Shown: piece after piece, positions 1 through 10,314 of the stretch | How positions within the stretch are numbered: position 1 is the stretch's first letter | Layout: the number at the start of each line of letters is the position of its first letter | NCBI GenBank assembly: GCA_041946735.1 | Contig: JBHGAY010000011.1 | Span: 1 to 64,000, forward strand | Reading direction: 5' to 3' | DNA: 64,000 bases | DNA from: Candidatus Eiseniibacteriota bacterium | Lineage (GTDB): Bacteria > Eisenbacteria > RBG-16-71-46 > CAIMUX01 > VGJL01 | Translations under genes and position numbers: made by a program | The notes under the pieces: generated by a model | Databases searched by the model: none | Seen by the model: the letters and a program-made list of their open reading frames with translations, nothing else | Told to the model about the DNA's origin: nothing

Positions 1-432
1 GGAGACGGGGGGACTTCAGACCTGCAGAACCCGGAGCACCTGTACGAGGAGCCAGGCGCGTACTCGGTGAGGCTCACGGCGACGAATGCCGCCGGATCCG
101 AATCGCACGAGCGGGCCGACTACATCAAGGTATCGGTAGACGATGAAGCGAGTAGGACCGGAAGCCTTGGGATCCTATGCCTGGACCCAGTCGTGCCCAA
201 TCCGACGAGAACGCAAGCGATCATATCATTCAGGATTCCATCCGACCAGCTCGTCGAAGTCGCGATTTACGGTCCGAATGGAGAACTGGTCCAACAACTC
301 CTGTGGGCGCAATTGCACTCTGGACCTCACTCCGTCAGGTGGGCGCATGGCCATTGTGCATCGGGCATCTATTTTTGCCGCCTGAAAACCGGTAGCGGCA
401 CGCTGACCCGCACCGTCACGATCGCCCACTAG
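1..432 (+). CDS. Secreted protein, 3' part only: PKD domain followed by FlgD-Ig/T9SS type A-like C-terminal sorting domain
   Basis: Frame is open from base 1: GDGGTSDLQNPEHLYEEPGAYSVRLTATN (PKD motif), then PNPT...ISFRIP...VAIY...G.LV...ASGIYFCRL (C-terminal sorting domain). Stop TAG at 430-432. Confidence 0.8.
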   Translation, partial: GDGGTSDLQNPEHLYEEPGAYSVRLTATNAAGSESHERADYIKVSVDDEASRTGSLGILCLDPVVPNPTRTQAIISFRIPSDQLVEVAIYGPNGELVQQLLWAQLHSGPHSVRWAHGHCASGIYFCRLKTGSGTLTRTVTIAH

Positions 433-625
433 CTAGAACGAAAACGGTCTGCCTCGACACAGAGCCGCCTTTGACGCATTAGGAACTGGCGTCGGGGGTC
501 TAGGCCCTGCAACAGCTCGCTCTGAACGATCGAGAATCTTCTAACCAAGCTATAGAAAGGCCGTTGATCTTCAGACCTTCGACGCGATACTCTGCGGTTT
601 CGAGACTCATGCAGACTCCCCGAGA

Positions 626-1519
626 TCAGGGGAGGGACGAGGGCCGTCTCGGCCATCCAAAAAGCGCTCGTCGCCTGATGTCCCCCTGGACCGCGTGTCG
701 CAGCAGCAGGAGGCACGCTCTGCGAGTGCCAAAGTGCTTGGTAACATACGCCCAATACCCGCGCAAACCTTGCGCGCGCCATACGTCAACCGCCCGCCCT
801 CTCGCCAGACGTTCCAGGTACTGCCGCCGACCTGGGTCTCTGATGGTGCGAATCGTCTGCCTTCGGTACATGTACGTCCGATTCAGATCCGGCGGTTTCG
901 TGCACACCCTGTTTTCAGCACTGACACGATAGGTCGCCACGACAGCGTCCGTCACCGCTATTCGGAAACGGATCGCCAGGCGCTCCCACATGTCGAGGTC
1001 CTCTCCCCGATTCAAGGTCTCATCGAACATGCCGGCTTGGGCGAAGCACTCGCGGGCGACGACAACGCTGGACGCACAAAAGACCTTCTCCGTGCCGAAG
1101 TAGTCCAGGTAACCACCAACGGTTCGCATGGGCCTTATTCGTGTGCCGCCGGCCGTCTCATACCGATAGCGCGTTCCGAAAACGCGCGCTTCCGGGTAGT
1201 TCGCCATGAGGTCGCAGACGGTCGTAAGGAAGTCCTGGTCCCACAAGTCGTCGGCATCGAGAAAGGCCAGATACTCACTTCGAGCCTGGAGAATCCCGCG
1301 GTTGCGAGCGGCGGATACGCCGCGATTCGGCTGCCGAACGACTGTGATCGCGGAGCCGAAGGTCGCGCACACGAGACTACCACCACCATCAGTGGAGCCG
1401 TCATCGACCACAAGGATCTCCTGAGCTCGGGTGTCCTGCGCGAGAACACTTTGGATCGTTGCGCAGATGCTCTCCGCCTTATTGAACAGGGGGATAATCA
1501 CGGAGAACGTGAATTGCAT
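626..1519 (-). CDS. Glycosyltransferase family 2
   Basis: FSVIIPLFNK, ILVVDDGSTD, NRGVSAARNRG, LAFLDADDLW and GEDLDMW motifs. Start taken at ATG 1519. Confidence 0.92.
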   Translation of the reverse strand: MQFTFSVIIPLFNKAESICATIQSVLAQDTRAQEILVVDDGSTDGGGSLVCATFGSAITVVRQPNRGVSAARNRGILQARSEYLAFLDADDLWDQDFLTTVCDLMANYPEARVFGTRYRYETAGGTRIRPMRTVGGYLDYFGTEKVFCASSVVVARECFAQAGMFDETLNRGEDLDMWERLAIRFRIAVTDAVVATYRVSAENRVCTKPPDLNRTYMYRRQTIRTIRDPGRRQYLERLARGRAVDVWRAQGLRGYWAYVTKHFGTRRACLLLLRHAVQGDIRRRALFGWPRRPSSLP

Positions 1520-1546
1520 AGGCGTGGCTCCCAAACTGCGAGTGCC

Positions 1547-2542
1547 TTACAGGATCTCGAGGTCGCCGCGGGTGATGTACCAACCGTTTCGGTCGAACAG
1601 CCGCTGGGGAAGGGGACCAGGAGAGACGGCACGAACGAAAAAGGGCCACCCTCGGCCGCGACTGAGCGGGTTTTTGACAAAGGAGCGAGTGAGGACAGGA
1701 GGTACTGTGCTCCATATGCTTACCCAGGAGCGTGGAAAGGCGGTCCGCCAGTGTGGCAGCCAGTCCCGGAGGACCGGCGCTTCACCGAAGCCGAACAAGT
1801 CGAGTACGAACAGACGACTAGGGGGCTCATCAATTGAACAAACGACAAGACCGAGGGGTTCGGCCAGTGATCCGCGGAGAAACCAGCGATGGTGGCTCGG
1901 AAGCGGGTTGTCGAAGTAGCGCCACCGCAGATATGATTTGGTGCGCTCAACCGTGAGGCGGTCCGGGGGGATCCAGAGTGGCGGATGCGTGCGGTCCTCG
2001 ACAAGCAGTCGGAGTGCGACCTGCGGGGAGATTTCCGCCACCTCCCGCGCAGGGCGGCAATGGCGCAAGGCGCCGGTGACCAGCCACGTCGCAAGGTCGC
2101 GCGGGAGGAGCCGGTCGGGTCGGATTTGGAAGACCCGGTCGTCAAGGGTCGTCACGCGCCGCCAACCCGCCTTCTGGAATCCTGGTGCCGACAACGGGTT
2201 GGCGAAGTTGAAGCAGAAATCGATGCCATGGAAAGAACTCACTCCAAAGAGCAAGAGTTGCGTGAACAGACCGCGACCGCGATAGTCTGGATGTACAACT
2301 GGATCGATGTCACGACCCCCGCAATAGAGTTGTGCGCCGAAGCGAACGGTTTTCCGGATGGCGGAGTAGATGCCAACAATCCGGGAACCGAGGGTGCATA
2401 CAGCGATTGCGGATCGACCCCCAGGTGCCTGCTCGTGGAGCCAGCGGAATCGCTTGGTGCTGAAGTCTCGTGCATGGCCTGCTTGGATCAGCTCCACACA
2501 CTTCGGGAGATCGTCCGCCCGATACTCGCGGAATTCAAACAT
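1547..2542 (-). CDS. GNAT family N-acetyltransferase (polysaccharide-locus type)
   Basis: Acetyl-CoA binding motif VVHPDYRGRGLF, plus FNFANPLSAPGFQKAGW, RTKSYLRWRY and C-terminal WYITRGDLE. Confidence 0.85.
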   Translation of the reverse strand: MFEFREYRADDLPKCVELIQAGHARDFSTKRFRWLHEQAPGGRSAIAVCTLGSRIVGIYSAIRKTVRFGAQLYCGGRDIDPVVHPDYRGRGLFTQLLLFGVSSFHGIDFCFNFANPLSAPGFQKAGWRRVTTLDDRVFQIRPDRLLPRDLATWLVTGALRHCRPAREVAEISPQVALRLLVEDRTHPPLWIPPDRLTVERTKSYLRWRYFDNPLPSHHRWFLRGSLAEPLGLVVCSIDEPPSRLFVLDLFGFGEAPVLRDWLPHWRTAFPRSWVSIWSTVPPVLTRSFVKNPLSRGRGWPFFVRAVSPGPLPQRLFDRNGWYITRGDLEIL

Positions 2543-3013
2543 GGCGGCATGCCTTCGCTTGCACAATGGGCCGTCCGACCGGAGCGATCTCCCCGAGCCG
2601 ACCGCTGATCAGTCCTCGCGTGCGCGGCTCTGTCGTCCCAATGACGTCGGCCGTATTCCAGGGAGCGGCACGGAATCCTGTGATACGTTGATCCCGGACC
2701 GCGATGCAGAGTGCGTGCGAATGAGAAAGCCACGCGCGATGATCGTGGCCTTCAGCACAACACCCCGCGAACGTTCGCGCTAACCGCGAGGAAGGCGGAG
2801 CCCCTAGCAACGAACACGTATAACACGACCGGTGGAGCATAGGGTAAGATCGAAGTGTTCGGCGCGTCGGCGCAGAGTCGAGATGCCGGGCCAATACTCG
2901 CGCCGTCGTCGAACCGACGTAGGCCGATAATCTCGGCCCCGGTTCCCAGGAGGTGGGCGTTCGCCTTATGTCGCGGCGTCCATTCACTCCGCGCTCCTGC
3001 CATGCGTCGCATC

Positions 3014-4045
3014 TCATGCGCCGGCCCGCCCGAAACCGAATGCCGCCTCGAGGACCCATCGGAACTCCTCGAGGCTGCCTAGCGGGCTCACCCTTTGCAG
3101 CCCGAACCGCGAGTCGGTGCCCTGCACCACCCCTCGATCGCTTGTGACCCCCGTCCGAAACCCCGAGGCCTCGAGGAACCGCGCGAGGTCATCACTCCAA
3201 TGAGGGTTGTACGTCGGATTCGGATACGCGACGTGTAGGCTATCCTGCCCCGTCTGAGCCCGTATCGCAGCCCGAGCTCCGGCAATCTCCCGACACGCTT
3301 CCCAGAACGGGACCTGCGCCAAGTTGACGTGCGAGACGGAGTGGCCGCCGATCAGGTGACCGCGCCGAGCAAGCTCACTAATCTGGCTCCAAGTCATACT
3401 GGCGCAGCCATGCGTCTGATCATATGACACGCCGAGGTCCGCCTCAATCGCCGTTAGGAACCTGTTCTGCGACTCCGGCGCCGCCGTTGTGCAGAAGCGC
3501 ACCGCTGCGATGAAGGCTCGATACCGCTCTTCGTTGCGTTCGAGATCCCAGGTCAGACCGGTCACGGGATCCGTCCATCGGGTCCGCCGCGTCGTGTACA
3601 GCGCGTATCGTAGCCGAAGGAAGAAGGGGGAGTGCCTTTCATCCACGCACCCAGTGACCACATAGAAGGCGGCGCGACAGCCGTGCCTCTCGAGAATCGG
3701 CGCCGCAACATCGTAGTTGTCCTTCATCCCGTCATCAAACGTGAATGCCACCGCACGCCGAGGCAGCCTGCCCCCCCCTCGGAGCGCACTCCCGATATCG
3801 TCGACCGACATCACGGAGCAGTTGCGCACCGCGAAGGCCACCTGTTGCTCGAACACTGCTGGATCCACCGCGATAGCCGGGCCGATCGTCTGCTGGACCA
3901 GGGACGTGATCGGTTGCACGGAGTGATAGGCGACGATGACGGCGCGGTGCGGACCACATCTAGCCGCCAGTCGGACGACGCCTGTCGAAAGCATGGCGTG
4001 CTTCAGTGCCTGTCTTAACCGTCCCACTCTCTCACCGACTCCCAC
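3014..4045 (-). CDS. Polysaccharide deacetylase (CE4/NodB-like)
   Basis: IVAYHSV, FTFDDG, GGHSVSHVNL and AYPN motifs. Start uncertain (4045 or 4072). Confidence 0.9.
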   Translation of the reverse strand: MGVGERVGRLRQALKHAMLSTGVVRLAARCGPHRAVIVAYHSVQPITSLVQQTIGPAIAVDPAVFEQQVAFAVRNCSVMSVDDIGSALRGGGRLPRRAVAFTFDDGMKDNYDVAAPILERHGCRAAFYVVTGCVDERHSPFFLRLRYALYTTRRTRWTDPVTGLTWDLERNEERYRAFIAAVRFCTTAAPESQNRFLTAIEADLGVSYDQTHGCASMTWSQISELARRGHLIGGHSVSHVNLAQVPFWEACREIAGARAAIRAQTGQDSLHVAYPNPTYNPHWSDDLARFLEASGFRTGVTSDRGVVQGTDSRFGLQRVSPLGSLEEFRWVLEAAFGFGRAGA

Positions 4046-5564
4046 CGGGGAAGCGCTGCCGCCGCCAGCCAATCGTTGAAAGCAACTGCCCGCGTTCGTC
4101 AGGGGTCAGCGAAGACGCGAACGCGCACGCCACGTATCCCAATGTGGACGCCGTGAGCAGCACGATGATAGCGGAATAGGAGGCGACGGGACACGCTAGG
4201 CGACCAATCAGCAGTATAGCGGAAAAGACCGCCAGCGCCGGCAGATGGCGGACGATGGTCCGCCGAAGATGCGAATAGATGGAGATACCAAGATCATCGC
4301 ATGCCTGGCGCATCGCGTAGACGCGCGTCGCCGTCATGTATGCGAGAATGGCGACCGCTACCCCCGGCAGGCCGATTCCCTTGACGAGGAGGACCGTCGC
4401 GACGACGCCCAGGATCGCGGCCACGAGGTTGAATCGGAACAAACGAGCGTGCTTCGCCTGCCCGACGAGGTAGGTCACGCTATGCGGGCTGATTCCCTCG
4501 ACCAACTGGGCAAAACAGAGATAAGGCAGGATGCGCGAAGAGGCGCGGCCGTACTCAGGTCCCATCCAGAGGGTGATAAATGGGGGACCGACCAAGAGCA
4601 GCGCTATGGGCGTGATGAGGCTCACACTCTGGATGGCGCGGGTGACAGAGATCCACGCATCCTGGATTCGCTCGGGGACCTCGCAGCTCTTTGCGCTAAA
4701 GTAAGGCATCAAGGGACCGCCGAGGGCGATGGCGATCCCGTTCGTATACGTTGCCAGACGACTGGGAATAGAGAAGAAGACGACCATGGCCGTTCCAAGG
4801 GAGTGTGCGATTACGATAGGTGCGCTCATGAACACGAGTCGTTGGGCAGCCATTAGGAACGCGCTATTGATGCCGAACTTCACAAGCGCGCGCAAGGTGG
4901 CGCCAGATCTAGCTGCCCAGAGGAAGAACGGAGCGGGTGCCGAGCGAACGGCGAGGAACGCCAACGCGGTGAATTCAACGCACGTGGAAAGAAGCGTAAT
5001 GACGGCGAGCCACACGAGGGGATCGACGGTGACACACCGGAGACCGTAGAGGATCGCGAACATCCTCAGGATCGTAACGACGACGCGACAGACATTGACC
5101 GCGAGATAGCGCTGTTGCCCCATGAGAAACGCTGAAAACATGGAACCTGGGAATTGGACCAGCAGCATGGCTCCGACGCATAGAGCAGCGGTTGACCAGC
5201 CTCTGCTCGCGTCCGGGCCGCTAGACGATGCCAATTGGGGGAAGAAGGCAAGCGCGGTCATCGCCAGCATCGAGACAGCACCGGCCAAAGCGAGGGCCAC
5301 GATGCCGGAGCTGACGACGGCCTGGAGGGCCTTATCGTTGTTATCTGCACGAAGGCGGGCGACGTACCGGACGATCGCAGGGCTGACTCCGAGATCCAAG
5401 ACCCCGAGATATCCGGCAAAGCTCAAGACGATTTCCCAGAGCCCATAGCGGGCGTTGCCGAGGGCGCGCACAAGCTCAGGACTGAGAAAGTACGTTACAG
5501 TGAGATTGGCGCTGTAGAGAAGAAGGTTGGAGGCCGAGCTGACGGCAACGGGTTTGACCTTCAT
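4032..5564 (-). CDS. wzx: Oligosaccharide flippase (Wzx/MATE-like)
   Basis: 510 aa with many TM segments. LGNARYGLW...LDLGVSPAIVRYVA at the N-terminus and FITLWMGPEY are typical of Wzx. EPS context. Confidence 0.88.
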   Translation of the reverse strand: MKVKPVAVSSASNLLLYSANLTVTYFLSPELVRALGNARYGLWEIVLSFAGYLGVLDLGVSPAIVRYVARLRADNNDKALQAVVSSGIVALALAGAVSMLAMTALAFFPQLASSSGPDASRGWSTAALCVGAMLLVQFPGSMFSAFLMGQQRYLAVNVCRVVVTILRMFAILYGLRCVTVDPLVWLAVITLLSTCVEFTALAFLAVRSAPAPFFLWAARSGATLRALVKFGINSAFLMAAQRLVFMSAPIVIAHSLGTAMVVFFSIPSRLATYTNGIAIALGGPLMPYFSAKSCEVPERIQDAWISVTRAIQSVSLITPIALLLVGPPFITLWMGPEYGRASSRILPYLCFAQLVEGISPHSVTYLVGQAKHARLFRFNLVAAILGVVATVLLVKGIGLPGVAVAILAYMTATRVYAMRQACDDLGISIYSHLRRTIVRHLPALAVFSAILLIGRLACPVASYSAIIVLLTASTLGYVACAFASSLTPDERGQLLSTIGWRRQRFPGGSR

Positions 5565-5759
5565 CGTAGGAAACGCCGGTCGTATGGTCCGGTGCCTCCA
5601 ACTCCGAGATCCTCGTGATCCGAGCCGAGTGAATCTGCGGAACGCTGGAACAGGCGTGGCTCCTGCCAGACGGAAGGTCCGAGCCTGATCGGACTATGGA
5701 ACACAGTCATGCTGGTCATGATCATAGACCCGTCCGCCGGATGGGCGAAAGGCATTAAG

Positions 5760-6110
5760 CGTCTCGGGAGAGGTCCGCGGCGACCCGCCATAATCCCGAG
5801 CACCTGGATCTCTCGCAGGATCACGTTGCTGTTCCAGACGCCCTCGGAGAGCAGACGGTCGACGACCTCCCGGAACGAATCGAGCTTGCTGCCCCGCTTC
5901 CGGCGGATCCCCCTGGGGGCCCCGCCTGGCCTCGGGGCCCAACTGACGGTCTTTGAATGGACGCCTAGCTCATAAGCGATATCACACACATAGTTGCCCG
6001 TGGAGTGTTTGAATCACGGCGAAGTCCTCCTTGCCGTCCACTGGGACGATACAAAATGCCTGGGACTTTCTAATCCGATCATCGCAGCCTTTCTAGTACA
6101 GGCGCTGACA
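5760..6110 (-). mobile_element. Decayed IS21-family element: left end plus frameshifted istA 5' fragment
   Basis: Minus strand begins TGTCAGCGCC at 6110 (IS21-like terminus). Joined frames read KEDFAVIQTLH / DIAYELGVHSKTVS...RGSKLDSFREVVDRLLSEGVWN...ILREIQ / YGG, matching the IstA N-terminal HTH. No DDE domain or istB follows. The inner boundary (5760) is approximate. Confidence 0.8.
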
Positions 6111-6207
6111 TCGTTCGAGGGATTCCTGATTTCGGGCAGATTGGCACTGCAACCTCGACGCCCTCCCGCTTCAGGGTTCAGGCGCTGGTGTTCAGGAGAA
6201 TCGAGTG

Positions 6208-7764
6208 TTAGGCGTTATCCCGGGGCGGTTCAGACGGCTGGTTGCCTGCAACAGCGGGCCGAACCTTGATGGCATCCGGGCGAGTGCATCGTGGGCTCTC
6301 GCCAGCTGCTGAGAGAACTGCTGTTGGCGGTGCTTGCCGTACAGGGAGCCCATGCTCTAGAAGCGAACTCGGCCGGCGGGCGGCGATGTGCCCAATGGCG
6401 ACGACCAGAGCCCCGTAAACATACCATGTGTATCGCATCAAGCTGTGGCCGAATACCCCAGCGACGAGAAGCCCGACAATGCCAGAAGGGATTGCGGCCA
6501 GAAGCGAGCATTCGAAGCGCCATGATTCTCCAGTCGCACCGAGGATAGGCCTGAGCTTTCGGCAAGACCTTATCATAGCAGCGACGAACGAGAAAAAGAA
6601 CAACGCTCCGGGCACGCCGAGTTCGGACGGAACCTGCACGTAGAGGCTATGCGCTTGCAGCCAGCTTCGGCGGTTTTCCGAAGAGTATCCGAGAGCGTTC
6701 GCGACGCCAAAGCAGCCTAGACCCACGCCCGAAAGGGGGCGGTCCAAGATCATCTGCCCCCCCTTCTTCCATGCCTCGATTCGGGCGGAGGATGAGCCGT
6801 CTAGTTCGGAGGAAGTAATGGTCGAATACCTGATCCGGTACTCCTCCGGCAATACAGCCAGGCATGAGATAAGCAGCCCTACGATGAGAAACGCGCCCCG
6901 GGCACGCCGCCTCCCACGCCACCATAGGGCTAGAAGCGCGCCAAGGAGGGCCAGCATGCCAGAGCGGGAACCGGTCAAAGTTAGGGCGACACCAAATAGA
7001 ATCGCCAGTCCAAGGCTGAGGCACCGAATCCAGGGCCATTTCCGAGGAGCTGGTAGAAGCAAGAGGAGCGGAATCGTCGCTACACACGATGCGGCGAAAT
7101 GATTCGGGTCCCCGGCCGCATCGTTCTGTCCAACAAGGCGATCGATCCCTTGCGCGTACTGGAAGTTTCCTGCTGCGTAAGCCCGGATGGCGTCGATTGT
7201 CAGCTTCGACAGGGCTATCAGATACACAACCATGAAGATCCTGAGTCGCCCACGAGAGTCAATTAGGTGCACAATGAGAAGATACCATGCCAGAAGCTTT
7301 AGGAAGTCGATGAATGCGGCTAGTGAGGCGCTTAGCCAATACGAGAACGGAAGCGAAAATGTTGCGGCAAAAGCGAGCAGCATAAGACGGCGCGATAGAG
7401 GGGTGTCGTCAATCCGAATTTTGCCATGCTCCCTGAGTTGCCCGAAAGCGAGCGCGACTAGGGTAACAGCACCGACGAGGCGTTCCAGGTGCAAACCAGT
7501 CAAAACGTTATAGGCTTCGCCCGGGCGCCACATGTACAGGATCGTATAGAGAAGCAGACCCAGAAAGGGACGTCGCAATACAGCGTAGCAGCCAAGGCAG
7601 GCAGCAATTCCTCCTAAGACTAGCAGGGGCGGCAGACGTGCGATAGCCAGCCCGGCGCTGGTACTAACAAAGAGAGCGAGAGCCCCGAGGAGAAAGGGGC
7701 GATGGCGTGCGGGCCCCACTCCACTACTGAAGACCCTAGCTTGAGTAGAGCCATGCAGGCTCAT
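6208..7764 (-). CDS. O-antigen ligase/Wzy-like family protein (exosortase-associated type)
   Basis: Multi-TM. Motifs GDPNHFA, LTGSRSG, SSARIEAW, RPLSGVG and AHSLYVQV.SELG. ATG overlaps the upstream TGA (ATGA 7761-7764). Confidence 0.88.
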   Translation of the reverse strand: MSLHGSTQARVFSSGVGPARHRPFLLGALALFVSTSAGLAIARLPPLLVLGGIAACLGCYAVLRRPFLGLLLYTILYMWRPGEAYNVLTGLHLERLVGAVTLVALAFGQLREHGKIRIDDTPLSRRLMLLAFAATFSLPFSYWLSASLAAFIDFLKLLAWYLLIVHLIDSRGRLRIFMVVYLIALSKLTIDAIRAYAAGNFQYAQGIDRLVGQNDAAGDPNHFAASCVATIPLLLLLPAPRKWPWIRCLSLGLAILFGVALTLTGSRSGMLALLGALLALWWRGRRRARGAFLIVGLLISCLAVLPEEYRIRYSTITSSELDGSSSARIEAWKKGGQMILDRPLSGVGLGCFGVANALGYSSENRRSWLQAHSLYVQVPSELGVPGALFFFSFVAAMIRSCRKLRPILGATGESWRFECSLLAAIPSGIVGLLVAGVFGHSLMRYTWYVYGALVVAIGHIAARRPSSLLEHGLPVRQAPPTAVLSAAGESPRCTRPDAIKVRPAVAGNQPSEPPRDNA

Positions 7765-9137
7765 TGCTCGCCCGGCATGAGTGAACGGGAGCACTGCGCC
7801 TCGTTAATCCGGCATATCGAGAACCTGTATTTACCTGCCGGCGTTAGGCCGATTTGCTCGCAGTATTCAACATCCCAGCGCATCCGAGGACCGAAGACGC
7901 GGCGGAGAGTCGCCTCGAGCTGTTGCAGGCTTTCATCGGAGAAGTCCGAATTGCGCACTATGCGAACGACGAGAGAATCAAGGGTCAGTTGCTCAAGCTG
8001 GGCTTGGCGAACACCAGCGATGTGTATGACGAACGTGTCAAGAACCGAGATGCCGAAAATGGGCGTGCCTTCTGGGGTATACAGGAAGTCCGCAACTCGT
8101 CCTGAGACGTCCTTCAAGAGAGGCAGCCCGCGCCCACAGGTGCACAAGGATGAGGAAGAAACGACATAATCACCAATGTCGTAACGCAAGAGGGGGAGCC
8201 CAAAGTTGAGGAGATCCGTAATGATGAGTCGCGCGGGGACTCCGGAGTACCCGTTGTCCTGGAATTCGAGAAGGAGGCCTTCGGCGAACACATGCAGCCC
8301 AGAATGGCGATCGCACTCTGAAGCTATCAGCGATACCTCCTCACAGCCATATCTGTTGAAAACCGAAGCTCGAAAAGCTTCCTCGATGGACGTGCGCTCT
8401 TCGGATGAGAGGGACATGGCGGTGGTAATGATGGCCTTCACGGGCGGAGTGATGCCCTCCGATAAGGCAAATTGCGCGAGCCGATAGACGGAATGCGCGT
8501 GGCCCATCAGAACAGGGACGCGCGAGCGACAGAGGTAGTCGAGGAAAGCGCGAAGCCGTTCCTCCGTGAAGACCAACGTGTCAAGGTAATTGGCGCGCGA
8601 CGAAAGAGTGTTACGTAATCGCTGGCGCCAAGGGAGGCTCTTTTCCGTGTCGCCCCACACGGCGGCAAGAGGGACACCCGGACGCCAGCCCGCCCAGCCG
8701 TCGTGGCGCTCTACGGCCGCGCGCTTCTGGCTTGCGGCCTCATAGTCCATGTGGACACGTACCGGGACGCCCGTGGAGCCGCCCGTCCGCTTGCGGATGG
8801 TGTTCGAGGCGGTGAACCCGGTGGCGAACATGCTGTCGAGCGACGAGCGAAGGTCGTCCTTCGTGAGAATTGGGAGGCGGCGCAGGTCTTCGGGGGAACG
8901 CAAGTCTTCAGGCTCGAAACCGACTCGTCGGAATCGCTCGCGATAGAATGGGCTGCTGTCATACGCATGGCGGACAATCCGGAGGAGACGCGACCACTGA
9001 AGGGCTGCTAGTTCATCCGGACTGAGATACTGACTCGCATTGAGCGCCTTCCGGTACTTGGCGACGGAGTAGCCGTCCCGGCGCAGGAAGGCGTCGTAGG
9101 TCACATGTCGCACGAGCGGGCGCAGTAAGTCCACCAT
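7761..9137 (-). CDS. Phenylacetate-CoA ligase family / CapK-like adenylate-forming enzyme
   Basis: LPILTKDDLR, TGGSTG P-loop, NRYGCEE, PLLRYDIGD, CTCGRGLP and GKYR. Confidence 0.9.
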   Translation of the reverse strand: MVDLLRPLVRHVTYDAFLRRDGYSVAKYRKALNASQYLSPDELAALQWSRLLRIVRHAYDSSPFYRERFRRVGFEPEDLRSPEDLRRLPILTKDDLRSSLDSMFATGFTASNTIRKRTGGSTGVPVRVHMDYEAASQKRAAVERHDGWAGWRPGVPLAAVWGDTEKSLPWRQRLRNTLSSRANYLDTLVFTEERLRAFLDYLCRSRVPVLMGHAHSVYRLAQFALSEGITPPVKAIITTAMSLSSEERTSIEEAFRASVFNRYGCEEVSLIASECDRHSGLHVFAEGLLLEFQDNGYSGVPARLIITDLLNFGLPLLRYDIGDYVVSSSSLCTCGRGLPLLKDVSGRVADFLYTPEGTPIFGISVLDTFVIHIAGVRQAQLEQLTLDSLVVRIVRNSDFSDESLQQLEATLRRVFGPRMRWDVEYCEQIGLTPAGKYRFSICRINEAQCSRSLMPGEQ

Positions 9138-9372
9138 CAGCCTCGGCCTGGCAAGTGGTTGGCTCCGCCTAGGAATTCGAGCGAGTACAGCACGGCTCCT
9201 CCTGCCTAGACCGTCATCATAGGGAGCGTCACCAAGAGTGCGTCATCGCGGATCACGACTTCAAGAGGAAATAAGATCGTGAGGATGTGTCGGGTAGAGG
9301 GGGCTGACTTGGTGACTGGCGCGGGACCGGGGGAGCCGGAAAGAGGAACTCTTGGGTGGGCGCAAACCCGGA

Positions 9373-9381
9373 TGCTATAGT
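9373..9381 (+). promoter_or_regulatory. Putative extended -10 element (TGcTATAGT) upstream of exosortase
   Basis: TGn plus TATAGT about 40 bp upstream of ATG 9421. TTGGGT at 9352-9357 is a weak -35. Confidence 0.35.
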
Positions 9382-9420
9382 TCTCGCCGACTCACTGTGA
9401 ACGGAGTACTTCCCTGGGGG

Positions 9421-10314
9421 ATGACCGTGGGGCCGGGTGCGAAGAACGTTGTCCGTCTCGCTCTCATCGCAGCCATTGTTGTGGCATACGTCCCGGTTCT
9501 CTTCGAACTGGGTCGGGATTGGCTGAGGGATCCGAACTACCACCACGGCATCCTGATCCCGCTGATCTCCGGCTATCTGATCTGGAAGCACAAGAAAGCG
9601 CTGAACACGCTGAGCGCCCGGCCTGCGTGGTTCGGTCTCGCAGGCTTGCTGATATCGGCGGCGCTTCTTCTCCTGGGCTCCGCCGCCTCCGAGGTCTTCA
9701 CGCAGCGCGTCAGCCTGGTGCTCCTCCTCGCCTCCCTCGCGATCTATCTCTTTGGCTGGAGACACTTGCGGCTGGTCGGCTTCCCGATCGCCTTCCTCCT
9801 CCTGGCCATCCCTCTCCCCTATGTGATCTACTACGGCCTCACCGCGCCCATGCAGGCTTTTGCGGCCCGCTGCGCCCTCGCCGGCCTTCACCTCGTAGGA
9901 ATCCCGGCAGTCAACCAGGGCAACATCATCCACCTTCCCGAAGCCAGCCTAGAGGTGGTCGAAGCGTGCAGCGGGATCCGGTCGCTGTATGCATTCCTGG
10001 CGGTGGGAGCGCTCCTTGCGAGCTCCGCGCGGATGTCGGCCGGATGGCGGGTGGCCCTGTTCCTTACGACGATCCCGGTGGCGATCGCCGGGAACGCGCT
10101 CCGTGTGTGGGGGAGCGGCGTGCAGACCTGGCTCTTTGGACCAAAAGCCACGCAGGGAACGCTCCATGAGATCTTCGGTTTGCTGGTCTTCGCGATCAGC
10201 CTCGCGGTGTTCCTCCTGATCAAGAAGCTTGCGGGGTATCTATGCTGCTCCGATGGACGATCGCGATCGTTGTTGTCGCAGTCTCCGGGGCCTTCGCGGC
10301 CAAGCTCCGGCTAG
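9421..10314 (+). CDS. xrt: Exosortase (EpsH/XrtA family)
   Basis: Multi-TM with catalytic Cys (VVEACSGIRS), Arg (GNALRV) and His (LHEIFG), plus YHHGILIP. Directly followed by EpsI. Confidence 0.93.
   Translation: MTVGPGAKNVVRLALIAAIVVAYVPVLFELGRDWLRDPNYHHGILIPLISGYLIWKHKKALNTLSARPAWFGLAGLLISAALLLLGSAASEVFTQRVSLVLLLASLAIYLFGWRHLRLVGFPIAFLLLAIPLPYVIYYGLTAPMQAFAARCALAGLHLVGIPAVNQGNIIHLPEASLEVVEACSGIRSLYAFLAVGALLASSARMSAGWRVALFLTTIPVAIAGNALRVWGSGVQTWLFGPKATQGTLHEIFGLLVFAISLAVFLLIKKLAGYLCCSDGRSRSLLSQSPGPSRPSSG

Noticed and set aside
2567..3013. Short ORFs in the gap between the deacetylase and the GNAT
   Set aside because: No recognisable motifs, RBS or coupling. Left unannotated.
6142..6157. 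TGGCAC on the plus strand as a sigma-54 site
   Set aside because: There is no GC at the -12 position, and it points into the 3' end of an opposite-strand gene.
6140..6213. GCCTAAC at the ligase stop codon (minus strand) resembling an integron attC R'' box
   Set aside because: No matching GTTRRRY with a complementary stem downstream, and no integrase or cassette array.
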